DNA of 64,000 nt, from positions 682,001-746,000 of the forward strand of contig NW_025767093.1 of the NCBI RefSeq assembly GCF_003918875.1. Reading direction: 5' to 3'. How positions within the stretch are numbered: the stretch's first letter is position 1; each line of letters begins with the position of its first letter. Source of the DNA: Haliotis rubra (lineage: Eukaryota). The position numbers and the translations under genes are program-made. Positions 37,201 through 49,698 of the stretch are shown here, one piece after another. The notes under the pieces were generated by a model. It saw nothing but the letters and a program-made list of their open reading frames with translations, did not search any database and was not told the DNA's origin.

Positions 37201-40200
37201 TCTCAGTAGGTTAGCTGGGAGTCAGTACCCTGTGTCTGACAGGTACCCGTGTTAAACTGTGACATGGTATCTCAGTAGGTTAGCTGGGAGTCAGTACCCT
37301 GTGTCTGACAGGTACCCGAGTTAAACTGTGACATGGTATCTCAGTAGGTTAGCTGGGAGTCAGTACCCTGTGTCTGACAGTTACCCTTGTTAAACTGTGA
37401 CATGGTATCTCAGTAGGTTAGCTGGGAGTCAGTACCCTGTGTCTGACAGGTACCCGTGTTAAACTGTGACATGGTATCTCAGTAGGTTAGCTGGGAGTCA
37501 GTACCCTGTGTCTGACAGGTACCCGAGTTAAACTGTGACATGGCATCTCAGTAGGTTAGCTGGGAGTCAGTACCCTGTGTCTGACAGTTACCCTTGTTAA
37601 ACTGTGACATGGTATCTCAGTAGGTTAGCTGGGAGTCAGTACCCTGTGTCTGACAGGTACCCGTGTTAAACTGTGACATGGTATCTCAGTAGGTTAGCTT
37701 GGAGTCAGTACCCTGTGTCTGACAGTTACCCTTGTTAAACTGTGACATGGTATCTCAGTAGGTTAGCTGGGAGTCAGTACCCTGTGTCTGACAGGTACCC
37801 TTGTTAAACTGTGACATGGTATCTCAGTAGGTTAGCTGGGAGTCAGTACCCTGTGTCTGACAGTTACCCTTGTTAAATTGTGACATGGTATCTCAGTAGG
37901 TTAGCTGGGAGTCAGTTCCCTGTGTCTGACAGGTACCCGTGTTAAACTGTGACATGGTATCTCAGTAGGTTAGCTGGGAGTCAGTACCCTGTGTCTGACA
38001 GTTACCCTTGTTAAATTGTGACATGGTATCTCAGTAGGTTAGCTGGGAGTCAGTTCCCTGTGTCTGACAGTTACCCTTGTTAAACTGTGACATGGTATCT
38101 CAGTAGGTTAGCTGGGAGTCAGTACCCTGTGTCTGACAGGTACCCGTGTTAAACTGTGACATGGTATCTCAGTAGGTTAGCTGGGAGTCAGTACCCTGTG
38201 TCTGACAGTTACCCTTGTTAAACTGTGACATGGTATCTCAGTAGGTTAGCTGGGAGTCAGTACCCTGTGTCTGACAGGTACCCGTGTTAAACTGTGACAT
38301 GGTATCTCAGTAGGTTAGCTGGGAGTCAGTACCCTGTGTCTGACAGGTACCCGAGTTAAACTGTGACATGGTATCTCAGTAGGTTAGCTGGGAGTCAGTA
38401 CCCTGTGTCTGACAGTTACCCCCTTGTTAAACTGTGACATGGTATCTCAGTAGGTTAGCTGGGAGTCAGTACCCTGTGTCTGACAGTTACCCTTGTTAAA
38501 CTGTGACATGGTATCTCAGTAGGTTAGCTGGGAGTCAGTACCCTGTGTCTGACAGGTACCCGTGTTAAACTGTGACATGGTATCTCAGTAGGTTAGCTGG
38601 GAGTCAGTACCCTGTGTCTGACAGGTACCCGAGTTAAACTGTGACATGGCATCTCAGTAGGTTAGCTGGGAGTCAGTACCCTGTGTCTGACAGTTACCCT
38701 TGTTAAACTGTGACATGGTATCTCAGTAGGTTAGCTGGGAGTCAGTACCCTGTGTCTGACAGGTACCCGTGTTAAACTGTGACATGGTATCTCAGTAGGT
38801 TAGCTGGGAGTCAGTACCCTGTGTCTGACAGTTACCCTTGTTAAACTGTGACATGGTATCTCAGTAGGTTAGCTGGGAGTCAGTACCCTGTGTCTGACAG
38901 GTACCCGTGTTAAACTGTGACATGGTATCTCAGTGGGTTAGCTGGGAGTCAGTACCCTGTGTCTGACAGTTACCCTTGTTAAACTGTGACATGGTATCTC
39001 AGTAGGTTAGCTGGGAGTCAGTACCCTGTGTCTGACAGGTACCCGTGTTAAACTGTGACATGGTATCTCAGTGGGTTAGCTGGGAGTCAGTACCCTGTGT
39101 CTGACAGTTACCCTTGTTAAACTGTGACATGGTATCTCAGTAGGTTAGCTGGGAGTCAGTACCCTGTGTCTGACAGGTACCCGTGTTAAACTGTGACATG
39201 GTATCTCAGTAGGTTAGCTGGGAGTCAGTACCCTGTGTCTGACAGGTACCCGAGTTAAACTGTGACATGGCATCTCAGTAGGTTAGCTGGGAGTCAGTAC
39301 CCTGTGTCTGACAGTTACCCTTGTTAAACTGTGACATGGTATCTCAGTAGGTTAGCTGGGAGTCAGTACCCTGTGTCTGACAGGTACCCGTGTTAAACTG
39401 TGACATGGTATCTCAGTAGGTTAGCTTGGAGTCAGTACCCTGTGTCTGACAGTTACCCTTGTTAAACTGTGACATGGTATCTCAGTAGGTTAGCTGGGAG
39501 TCAGTACCCTGTGTCTGACAGGTACCCGTGTTAAACTGTGATATGGTATCTCAGTAGGTTAGCTGGGAGTCAGTACCCTGTGTCTGACAGTTACCCTTGT
39601 TAAACTGTGACATGGTATCTCAGTAGGTTAGCTGGGAGTCAGTACCCTGTGTCTGACAGGTACCCGTGTTAAACTGTGAAATGGTATCTCAGTAGGTTAG
39701 CTGGGAGTCAGTACCCTGTGTCTGACAGGTACCCGAGTTAAACTGTGACATGGCATCTCAGTAGGTTAGCTGGGAGTCAGTACCCTGTGTCTGACAGTTA
39801 CCCTTGTTAAACTGTGACATGGTATCTCAGTAGGTTAGCTGGGAGTCAGTACCCTGTGTCTGACAGGTACCCGTGTTAAACTGTGACATGGCATCTCAGT
39901 AGGTTAGCTGGGAGTCAGTACCCTGTGTCTGACAGGTACCCGAGTTAAACTGTGACATGGTATCTCAGTGGGTTAGCTGGGAGTCAGTACCCTGTGTCTG
40001 ACAGTTACCCTTGTTAAACTGTGACATGGTATCTCAGTAGGTTAGCTGGGAGTCAGTACCCTGTGTCTGACAGGTACCCGTGTTAAACTGTGACATGGTA
40101 TCTCAGTAGGTTAGCTGGGAGTCAGTACCCTGTGTCTGACAGGTACCCGTGTTAAACTGTGACATGGTATCTCAGTAGGTTAGCTGGGAGTCAGTACCCT

Positions 40201-40390
40201 GTGTCTGACAGTTACCCTTGTTAAACTGTGACATGTTATCTCAGTAGGTTAGCTGGGAGTCAGTACCCTGTGTCTGACAGGTACCCGTGTTAAACTGTGA
40301 CATGGTATCTCAGTAGGTTAGCTGGGAGTCAGTACCCTGTGTCTGACAGTTACCCGTGTTAAACTGTTACATATTATCTCAGTAGGTTAG
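34249..40390. repeat. 69-bp satellite, ~89 copies, derived from an internal SINE family C segment
   Basis: Unit GGAGTCAGTACCCTGTGTCTGACAGGTACCCGTGTTAAACTGTGACATGGTATCTCAGTAGGTTAGCTG; homologous to 14181-14249 and to the reverse complement of 48521-48547. Confidence 0.97.
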
Positions 40391-40402
40391 GACTATAAAG
40401 CC

Positions 40403-40611
40403 NNNNNNNNNNNNNNNNNNNNNNNNNNNNNNNNNNNNNNNNNNNNNNNNNNNNNNNNNNNNNNNNNNNNNNNNNNNNNNNNNNNNNNNNNNNNNNNNNN
40501 NNNNNNNNNNNNNNNNNNNNNNNNNNNNNNNNNNNNNNNNNNNNNNNNNNNNNNNNNNNNNNNNNNNNNNNNNNNNNNNNNNNNNNNNNNNNNNNNNNNN
40601 NNNNNNNNNNN
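40403..40611. other. Assembly gap
   Basis: Run of N. Confidence 1.
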
Positions 40612-41142
40612 CCCATTTCCCTGCATCTCAAGTAGGTAAGGCCGAAGGCAATTGTCAGTCATACTCCTAACTTCATGGACTAGTTGAATTTGATTGATTG
40701 ATTTAAACATATTTTATTCACAAATGTGAAAGGCATTGGGGACAAGTAATCCAACTTAAAATACCCGCTCATGGACTGGTGCATGCGTACTAGATGTTTT
40801 GTACTTGTGGCAGGTGCTTGTGCTTTGAGATTAATGCCAGCTCGACTGGTATGGACATAACAAGTGACAGTTTACGTCAGTGCTTTGTGTAGTGCTGGAG
40901 TGATGAATAAGGCGTAATACACCTTCGGCCATTTACATGACCATTGACGTATCCCTAAAAGTTTAGATACGATTCTTATTTTCCGTTAATTAGACGATAT
41001 ACATAAGATGTGACCGGACTGAAGATATTGGCAATGTGGGGGGTCGAGTGAGTGAGGGTTGTTTTATACCACGGCCAATTATAGAACAGTTATACCCCAG
41101 AGACAACGTCAGAAGAGTGGTGATCAATGGTGATCTGTTGAG

Positions 41143-41292
41143 AGTGAGTGAGTTTGGTATTATGCCGCTTTTAGCAAGATTTCAGTAATATCACCAGAAA
41201 TGAGCTTCACACATTGTACCCTATGGGGAATCTAACCCGGGTCTTTGGCGTGACGAGCGAACGCTTTCCCGACTGGGCTACCTCGCTGCCCC
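41143..41292 (-). mobile_element. SINE family A
   Basis: Reverse-complement consensus with an internal deletion. Confidence 0.85.
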
Positions 41293-42578
41293 TGTTTCAT
41301 AAAGACTGGATAACTGGTACATAACAGTTGATGTCAAACAGTAAGCGATGCTTCCATCACTTATTTTATGACCAATTTGGCAGTAATTCCCTTGCATCTG
41401 ATCTTAATGAAACAAACATGAAAGAATAGATGAAACTGACGACTGTTTCTTGGATGGTTGAAGAAATGGGCGTAGCTTGTCTTGGATTTAATACACTATA
41501 ACATGTCGATTTTATATTGCTGTCTGCATGTAATGGTGTTCTAATCAACAGATAGCAGTATTTGACGTTACACTTTACACACACTGGTTTTTACGTCCAT
41601 ATCTATTTAAACGCTTGAATATTAATACCACACCAACAATAACACAGAATAAATCAGCCAGGTTCCAGTCTGGCGCACCAAATCAAGCAGTCTCAGCGTT
41701 TATGTTTTTATCTTTTTCCTGCAAAGTATTTCGTGTTCAAGATATTTGAATTAAAATTGCTTTGGTTTTCTATCACCGTGTGATCAGTTTACGTCAGTGT
41801 TGATGCCTCACGTTGACCCCACGGAGACATCCAACAGGAACATATTACTCGTGGCGTTATAACACTTTTATTCCACAATTCTGAAAGTTTATCAAGCATG
41901 ACATGTTTGGAGATATTCAAGGCGACAACGTAATCGATTAAGACGCGTGTTTAAGAACGTCGCCTGCAGGCTGATCGGCGTGTCGTAATAATGTGTTGAT
42001 ATATAGGCAATAACCACTATTGACGTCAGTAATTATCTATAAAGTTAAGTTCAGAAAGATAACCGAGTATTATAAAATACTATATATAGCTGATTGATAT
42101 TAAATGCCACATATTTCCCTATTAATGGAGGTCATGAACTATTTTTATATCCTGACGCGTCCTGAACGAGTTGACATCGTGCAATGTGCATGCTCTTGAT
42201 CACGCTCGAAAAAGAAACTTCCAAATAATTTCGGCTATATAAACTACATAAAATCAAAATTCATCTTTAATAAGGGGGTAATACCGTGCCGTGAGGGACA
42301 ATTTGCAATTCCCCTCGCACTGGACGACTAAAAAAGAATGCTTGTTTTCTTGTTGTCTTTTTTGTTCTTACTAAGCAACATAACAGCTCTGTACGATGGC
42401 GATCTGTAAATATTCGTAACTATCAGAATCAGTCCAGTGATATACATGGTTTAATTGGTTCATCGATAACGGGTGGTTTGGGTTTTAGCATACACGTCGT
42501 ATTCCAAAACCAAAAACGTATTTGCGTGATGTCATTAGGGCCATGAGTATTTGGTAGTTGTGGGTTTCACCACAAGTG

Positions 42579-42790
42579 CCAAAGAGATATCCAAGAGACA
42601 TCCAAGAGGTACCCAAGAGGTACCAAAGAGATATCCAAGAGACATCCAAGAGACATCCAAGAGGTACCCAAGAGGTATCCAAGAGATACCCAAGCGGAAC
42701 CCAAGAGGCATCAAAGAGGTAGCCAAGAGGTAGCCAAGAGGAACCCAAGAGGCATCAAAGAGGTAGCCAAGAGATATCCAAGAGGTATCC
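42579..42790. repeat. 11-bp degenerate minisatellite (CCAAGAGGTAT/CCAAGAGACAT), ~19 copies
   Basis: Tandem units read directly. Confidence 0.9.
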
Positions 42791-42826
42791 GTCTAAGACT
42801 TGCACCATACGGGGTTATTTTCACAC

Positions 42827-42966
42827 GGGGCGGTGGGTAGCTTAGTGGCTAAAACGTTCGTTCGTCACGCCATCCTCTTTGTGTGTGAACACCATTTCTG
42901 GTGTCTCCCGCCATGTTATTGCTGGAAAATTGCTAAAAGCGGCGTAAAACCATACTCACTCACTCA
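42827..42966 (+). mobile_element. SINE family A, B box deleted
   Basis: A box, body and (CTCA)n tail. Confidence 0.85.
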
Positions 42967-43339
42967 TGATACGAAACAGATTATCATTATCATTGCTGAC
43001 CACTAGCTCACTCACTCACTCACTCACGGAGACGTCATCACGTAACTGGATAGCTGTAGAAACGACGTTCAACAGAACGCACCAACTATAAGCAAACAAA
43101 CGGGTAAATCTGCACAGTATGGTAATAGATCTGTTTGTTGTTTAAGCCAATACATATGATGGTGGCGGTCTGTGAATAATGAGTTTAGACAATCTAGTGA
43201 TCAGCACTCTGAGCATCGATCTACGCAACTGCTCATGATAAAAGAACGAGTGACAGTTCCTCAAACAAGACACCATGGGACATGGCAAATACATGCCTTA
43301 TGATCTGGTACGCCTTGCTTGCACATTAACAGACGAATA

Positions 43340-43342
<3 letters not shown>

Positions 43343-43393
<51 letters not shown>
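43343..43393. repeat. (GT)n microsatellite
   Basis: Read directly. Confidence 0.97.
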
Positions 43394-43397
<4 letters not shown>

Positions 43398-43675
43398 GGG
43401 GGGCTTGTATTTACCGCGCATCCTTTAAGAATCAGTGTTTTGATTTATGTGTTTGTTCATCATTTACATGTGGTACAGACCACAGTTTTCAGTTACTGTT
43501 TAGGTAGTGTTTATATGGAGTCTGTATCCGTCCCCAGGTTTAAGCATCATGCAATAGGTCACCGTCATCAATAACGTCGGTTCCGTTCGTGACGGTGAAA
43601 ATAATGTACGTTGGGCAGTCGTCGGTTGAGATACGCCGTGATTTCTGACGTGTCTGGGATTGAGTTTACGGTTGT

Positions 43676-43861
43676 NNNNNNNNNNNNNNNNNNNNNNNNN
43701 NNNNNNNNNNNNNNNNNNNNNNNNNNNNNNNNNNNNNNNNNNNNNNNNNNNNNNNNNNNNNNNNNNNNNNNNNNNNNNNNNNNNNNNNNNNNNNNNNNNN
43801 NNNNNNNNNNNNNNNNNNNNNNNNNNNNNNNNNNNNNNNNNNNNNNNNNNNNNNNNNNNNN
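43676..43861. other. Assembly gap
   Basis: Run of N. Confidence 1.
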
Positions 43862-44380
43862 GGACCCATCATGTGAAAGGAACACTTGAAATGATGATTA
43901 CCTTTGTCTCTTAGTGAAAGCCACGGACATGGTTATAGCACTGACAAACCCAGAAACCTGACTACGGGATCCTTGCGTACCCAAGGGACGTAACTCTGTC
44001 AAGTGGACTGAACGGGTGTATGGTTCTACAGTACAGCAGACTACGACCGAGTCTGTACGTGATCGAGCCTCACAGTACAGTGCACCAGCACTTTTAGGAA
44101 CAAAATGAAATGTCCCTACAAATATTACATTTCATAGTTTCTTCGACAAATCATACAGTCTCCAATTGACAATAGGTAGTAATGACACTAACTGTTATAA
44201 TTATAGAATCAAATATTTCGAATCTATGGAGACATCCTTTGGAGAGATTTTCGTATAACGTCGCTTCAGTAGCATTTTAAGTCTTAAAAAATTAGGATTA
44301 CCTTGCTAATCACTAATCATTTCATGGAACCAATGTGGCAGCCAATGTTGGTGTCCTTCGCCGTGTTAATACTGGAATAC

Positions 44381-44545
44381 TGACTGACTGAGTTTAGTTT
44401 TACGCCGCTTTTAGCAATATTCCAGCAATATCACGGCGGGGGACACCAGAAATGGGCTTAACACATTGTGCCCATGTGGGGAATCGAACCCGGGTCTTTG
44501 GCGTGACGAGCCAACGCTTTAACCACTAGACTACCCCACCGCCCC
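44381..44545 (-). mobile_element. Young SINE family A with 14-bp TSD, nested in an older family A copy
   Basis: TSD TAATACTGGAATAC at 44367-44380 and 44546-44559. Confidence 0.95.
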
Positions 44546-44855
44546 TAATACTGGAATACGTTTTAACTGGATTAGAGAACGTGTTTTATAAGATTTCTGC
44601 TCTCTTCTGAGTGTTTTCGTTACTGTCATAACTATTATAACTAATTAGATAAAAAATCCTCACTCAACCACTGTCAAGTACACGACTCGCCCATGTAGGC
44701 AGTGTATGTGTTGGTGAGTGAGTGAGGTAGAGATCACACTGTCATTACTGAACAACGGTAACCAGGAAACCCCTTTTAAACAGAAGGAAACAGCTGTTCT
44801 CGGTCTGTCCTCGGCCACTCCGACGATTATAGTAGGATCATATGGAACGAGAAAT

Positions 44856-45082
44856 GCCCGTGAAGATGAGGGTGAGAATTGGTTTTCAGCAACTCATTCC
44901 ATGCTTGTCGTAAGAGGTGACTAGCAGAATCGGTTGGTCAGGCTCGCTGACTTGGTTGGCACATGTAATCGGTTCCGAATTGCGTAGATCGATGCTCATG
45001 ATGCTGATCACTGGATTGTCTGGTTCTGACTCGATTATGTACAGACCGCCGCCATATAGCTGGAATATTGCTGAGTGCGTCA
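44856..45082 (+). mobile_element. Retroposon family B, full length
   Basis: GCCCGTGAAGATG..ATGCTTGTCGTAAGAGGTGACTAG..AGCTGGAATATTGCTGAGTGCG. Confidence 0.9.
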
Positions 45083-45264
45083 TTTGTTAATTTGAAAATA
45101 TATTAATCCGAACGACTGCTTTTGGGGCGATTACCGTAGGGATTTCCGAGTGAAATCCGTGGTCCACTTGCAACAGAGCTATCTTAGTGCTATGCTATCT
45201 AAAGACTATGTTAGTGTATGGGGGTCACGGTCACCAGTAACCCAGGCTCTTCGTAGGGAAAGCA

Positions 45265-45435
45265 GGGCGGTGGGGTAGCCTAGTGGTTAAAGTGTTCGTT
45301 CGTCACACTTGAGATCCAGGTTCGATACCTTACCTGTTTACAATGTGTGAAGTCCATTTCTGGTCTCCCCAGTCGGGATATTGCTTATTGCTGGAATATT
45401 GCTAATGGCGAAGTAAAACTAAACTCACTCACTCA
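45265..45435 (+). mobile_element. SINE family A
   Basis: A/B boxes, body and tail. Confidence 0.88.
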
Positions 45436-45466
45436 TCAAGTGACTAAATAGCTCAGGTGATCACAC

Positions 45467-46142
45467 TCTCTGGACAGGTTGACTGGACGTCATCTCCGGA
45501 CAGGTTGACTGGACGTCATCTCCGGACAGGTTGACTAGACGTCATCTCCGGACAGGTTGACTGGTCGTCATCTCCGGACAGGTTGACTGGACGTCATCTC
45601 TGGACAGGTTGACTGGACGTCATCTCTGGACAGGTTGACTGGACGTCATCTCCGGACAGGTTGACTGGACGTCATCTCCGGACAGGTTGACTAGACGTCG
45701 TCTCAGGACAGGTTGACTGGACGTCATCTCTGGACAGGTTGACTGGACGTCATTTCTGGACAGGTTGACTGGACGTCATCTCTGGATAGGTTGACTGGAC
45801 GTCATCTCAGGACAGCTTGACTGGATGTCATCTCAGGACAGGTTGACTGGACGTCATCTCCGGACAGCTTGACTGGACGTCATCTCTGGACAGCTTGACT
45901 GGACGTCATCTCTGGATAGGTTGACTGGACGTCATCTGGACAGGTTGACTGGACGTCATCTCTGGACAGGTTGACTGGAGGTCATATCTGGATAGGTTGA
46001 CTGGACGTCATCTCAGGACAGTTTGACTGGACGTCATCTCCGGACAGGTTGACTGGACGTCATCTCAGGACAGGTTGACTGGACGTCATCTCCGGACAGC
46101 TTGACTGGACGTCATCTCAGGACAGGTTGACTGGACGTCATC
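45467..46142. repeat. 26-bp minisatellite (GGACAGGTTGACTGGACGTCATCTC[C/T/A]), ~26 copies, inside a family B remnant
   Basis: Tandem units; both flanks match family B. Confidence 0.96.
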
Positions 46143-46754
46143 GCCTCGCAGTTCCGCGGATCGATGCTCATGATGTCGGATACTGAAATTTACTGAGCGT
46201 GAAATATGGAACACAACAACTGTAAAGTGATACCGTCTGTGTATGGGGTAGAGCGTACGTGATACTGATCCTGAATTAGGGCTGTACAAGAACCCTCCGT
46301 CACTTAAATATGTATATCAACTGATTACGTGTGTGTCCATAAGTAAATCCTCACCTCCAGATGTGAATGCGATATACGACTCGGTCACGCATGTAGACAT
46401 CCGCTGTCGTATTAGTCGATTGTTTACATCCTCGGATAAACATTATTAACTCATGATCGGACACAGTCCATACAACTCTAATAAGAAGATTTGTCTGTGG
46501 TATTACACATATAGATATTGTAAATCAAGCTTCGTAGTTAGGTGTCGTCCTGGTCTGTATTTATTCATAAAACCAGCATTATTCCGGACAAGTACTCTTA
46601 CTCACATGCACACGCACGCACGCACATATATGTACGTATATCTAGGAGTTCAGGCCGTGTAATTCCGAATAGTCAAACAGCTCAATTTGTTTTACCAGAT
46701 GTTTATTTTGCCTTGCCTTGCCTTGTTTTCCAACGTATTAGACAACAGGCAACT

Positions 46755-46910
46755 CCAACCAGACAATCCAGTGATCAACGTCACAAGCATCGAACTACGT
46801 AATTGGGAATCAACCAGTCAGCGAGCCTGACCACCCGATCCCGTTAGTCGCCTCTAGCGACAAGCATGGGTTACTGAAGACCAGTACTGACCTGGACCTG
46901 ACTGACGAGT
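46755..46910 (-). mobile_element. Retroposon family B, partial
   Basis: CCAGACAATCCAGTGATCAAC..GCGAGCCTGACCACCCGATCCCGTTAGTCGCCTCT..CAAGCATGGGTTACTGAAGACC. Confidence 0.85.
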
Positions 46911-47454
46911 GTGTAGGTACTAACTGATGAAAACATCAGTGCTTTTATTGCTGCTGAGGGCGACGTATCTAGCCGAGTGCTTCCACTACTCCCTGGAGTG
47001 AGAATCGTAACATCTATTGTCACGCGAGATGCATTATGGGACGAGTCACACTGGCAGTGGCAGTGATGGACTAACCAGTTTTCAGTTTTGTTGCAGTCGA
47101 AGACGTTTCTAAAGTTGCCCGGATGTAAACATGTAAATTCCCAACTCACGTCAACATGTTATTTATTATTATGTGCAGAGTTGCAGAAACCCCCCTACCC
47201 CCTAGACACGCTACAATCGTGTGATCATGATTTGATTCCCGAATATATATCCAGAAGGTGCCAGTGTCATACTCGCAGGTTTCACCAAAGGGCAAAGGAC
47301 CTGCATTACTTCGGGCGTCCCTCCCACATGAAAGCAGTCTTTCCAGCTGGAAAAGTTAGAAGAGCGACGTTATGTGCGAACTGAACACATTAACTCTGCT
47401 ATACTGCTCTTTAATACTGTTCTGACCATTGTGACGGACCGGGGGTGTTTCCAA

Positions 47455-47619
47455 GAGTGGGTTGGTTTCGCTTTACACCGCTTATTAGCAATATTCCAGC
47501 AACATCGTAGCAGGGAACACCTGAAATGGGCTTCACACATTGTACCCATGTGGGGAATCGAACCCGGGCCTTCAGCGTGACGAGCGAACGTTTTAACCAC
47601 AAGGCTACCCCACCGCCAC
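47455..47619 (-). mobile_element. SINE family A
   Basis: Reverse-complement consensus. Confidence 0.9.
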
Positions 47620-48279
47620 CAATTCGTTTCCGAAGTGTTACAATGTGAAATACATGCTCAACATTTTCTCAGTTTTATTGAACAAAGTCGGATCTCAAAT
47701 GCAGCGGTCATGATAATATCCAAACGGTTATACTCAGAGATCAGTGTCAAATAAATTGGAACATAAATATGCTGGATGATGTGATAGCGATAATGATAAA
47801 TCAGATGCCTCACACAGCTCAAACTTGTCAGCTGTTGCACCACGGAGATTCGTCATCTCGCATCTAGTGCACAAAACGTGAAAAACATACGCAGTACATG
47901 TCGTAAAAAACATTAATACACTGCCCGTACTCTAACTGCACCAACGTAATCATTCTGTTGCCATGCACACCATAGGTAAAAATAGCGACGCTAAATGTTG
48001 TTTGTTGATGATTTTTTGTGGTTTTCTTCCCTTTACGAATATCAAGATGGGACACAATCCACCAGAGAGCAAATCCACAATGAGCATCGACGAGAAAAAT
48101 GCCTTCCCACTCTTTCAATATCCGATTTTCTGCCACAATATATCTAACAATACCGTACATATGCACTCGACATGTTCGTGGGGTCTAGCGGTGTAAGGAC
48201 ATGCGTCTAGGCATGCCTTGAATTGTGATTATGGTGGCGAAAGGGGTTTTAATGCCGCGTCCAAATTAAAACTGTTCCG

Positions 48280-48432
48280 GAGTAAGCCAGTGGTGAAAAC
48301 GTTCTATCGTCACGCCCATGACCCGGGTTCGATTCCTCGCATGGGTACATTGTGTGAAGTCTATTTCTGATGTACCCCGCCGTGATATTGCTGGAATATT
48401 GCTAAAAGAGACAAGAAACTGAAATTCACTCA
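48280..48432 (+). mobile_element. SINE family A
   Basis: B box GGTTCGATTCC, body and tail. Confidence 0.85.
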
Positions 48433-48454
48433 CCAAATTGATTCCACTTCGTCA

Positions 48455-48625
48455 AGTGTGTGTGGCCGAGAGTGCTACTCTCGACTCTTTCCGCTGTTAT
48501 TAGTGCCAGCGTACTTGTATACTGGGATACCATGTCACAGTTTAACATAGATACCCCACTAACACAGGTACAGTATACAGAGCCGACTGGTCCCAGCTTT
48601 ATCCCCTTAATGCTGAGGCTCGGTA
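48455..48625 (-). mobile_element. SINE family C remnant
   Basis: Minus strand: CTCAGCATTAAGGGG..GGACCAGTCGGCTC..GTGGGGTATCTATGTTAAACTGTGACATGGTATCCCAGT..GCACTAATAA. Confidence 0.7.
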
Positions 48626-49698
48626 ACAACAAATACTATATTTTGAGAACACCAGAGTATCGATCCATCGACCTTCGCTCTCTGAGCAGACACTTTATCC
48701 ACTGCACCATCGGTTAGATTAAATGTCAACTTACAAGACATCCACGAACTGGGTGAAATTATAAATTGGCCACAGTTCGGCATCGCCAGGCCTGTTCAGT
48801 TCGGCAAAACCACTGCCACACCGCTTGTGTTTGTTTGACGATACAGGTGAACTGGTGTTGAGTTCTTCCCAGGTTAGCCAACCCCGACACACCCATGCCA
48901 GACTGTTGTTTTAGAATCATAGTTTTCTTATTGACATCATATTTCCGTTGACGTAAACTGCCAGTACCTACTGAAAGCTCCAGGTGGCGCCCTCGGTACA
49001 ACTGTTGTTGGGTTTCATGTAAAGATCCTGTCATCAACGACCACATGTTGATGAATAAATTAACTAGGTTTTGATGGGTGTGTATTCCGATGTGCGACAA
49101 GTAAATATAAGTTTCGTTTGTTATAAATACTCATAACATACCGTAGAATTAATAATGTATCTTGGATGATGATTTCGGATATGTTTGATGTTCTACGCGT
49201 TCATTTTCTTAACTTTTCTTGTCGTTTTGCATGCATTAAGTATGAAAGGTACAATGGCAACTTTGTCAAGAAATGAAACATTTCTAAACGTTTCCTTGTT
49301 GTGGTTGAAACAACACACGCGGCTGCTGTGTTGCGCCTTCTCCTGGCGGCCATTTTGAATTGTAAGATGGCCGTACCTAAGTTCTGTTTGATTAACATGG
49401 ATACATAATCATTACCTATAGCTGAATGTAGTCAACTCTAGTTGCCGTATTTGGTATGTGGTAACCTCAGTAAATTTTAATTGTAAACATCGTACGAACG
49501 TCACCCAGGTACCAAAATGCGGCAACAATGGTGTCATGGATTTATTATTTTTTTTTTCAAAATTGATTGGCAGCTGAAGCATGCGCCTGGTGTTCTCGGA
49601 AGTCACGGATCGCACTAATGTCTCGCTGGGTTGTTTTACCATTGACAGGAGGGGGGACGGAGCTCTCACAGTTGGCAACAACAAAGGGGTCCAAAGTT

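Noticed and set aside
48759-49100. 113-aa minus-strand ORF faintly resembling a MULE transposase C-terminus
   Set aside because: No catalytic motif or TIR is recognisable; it would need a BLASTX/HMM hit
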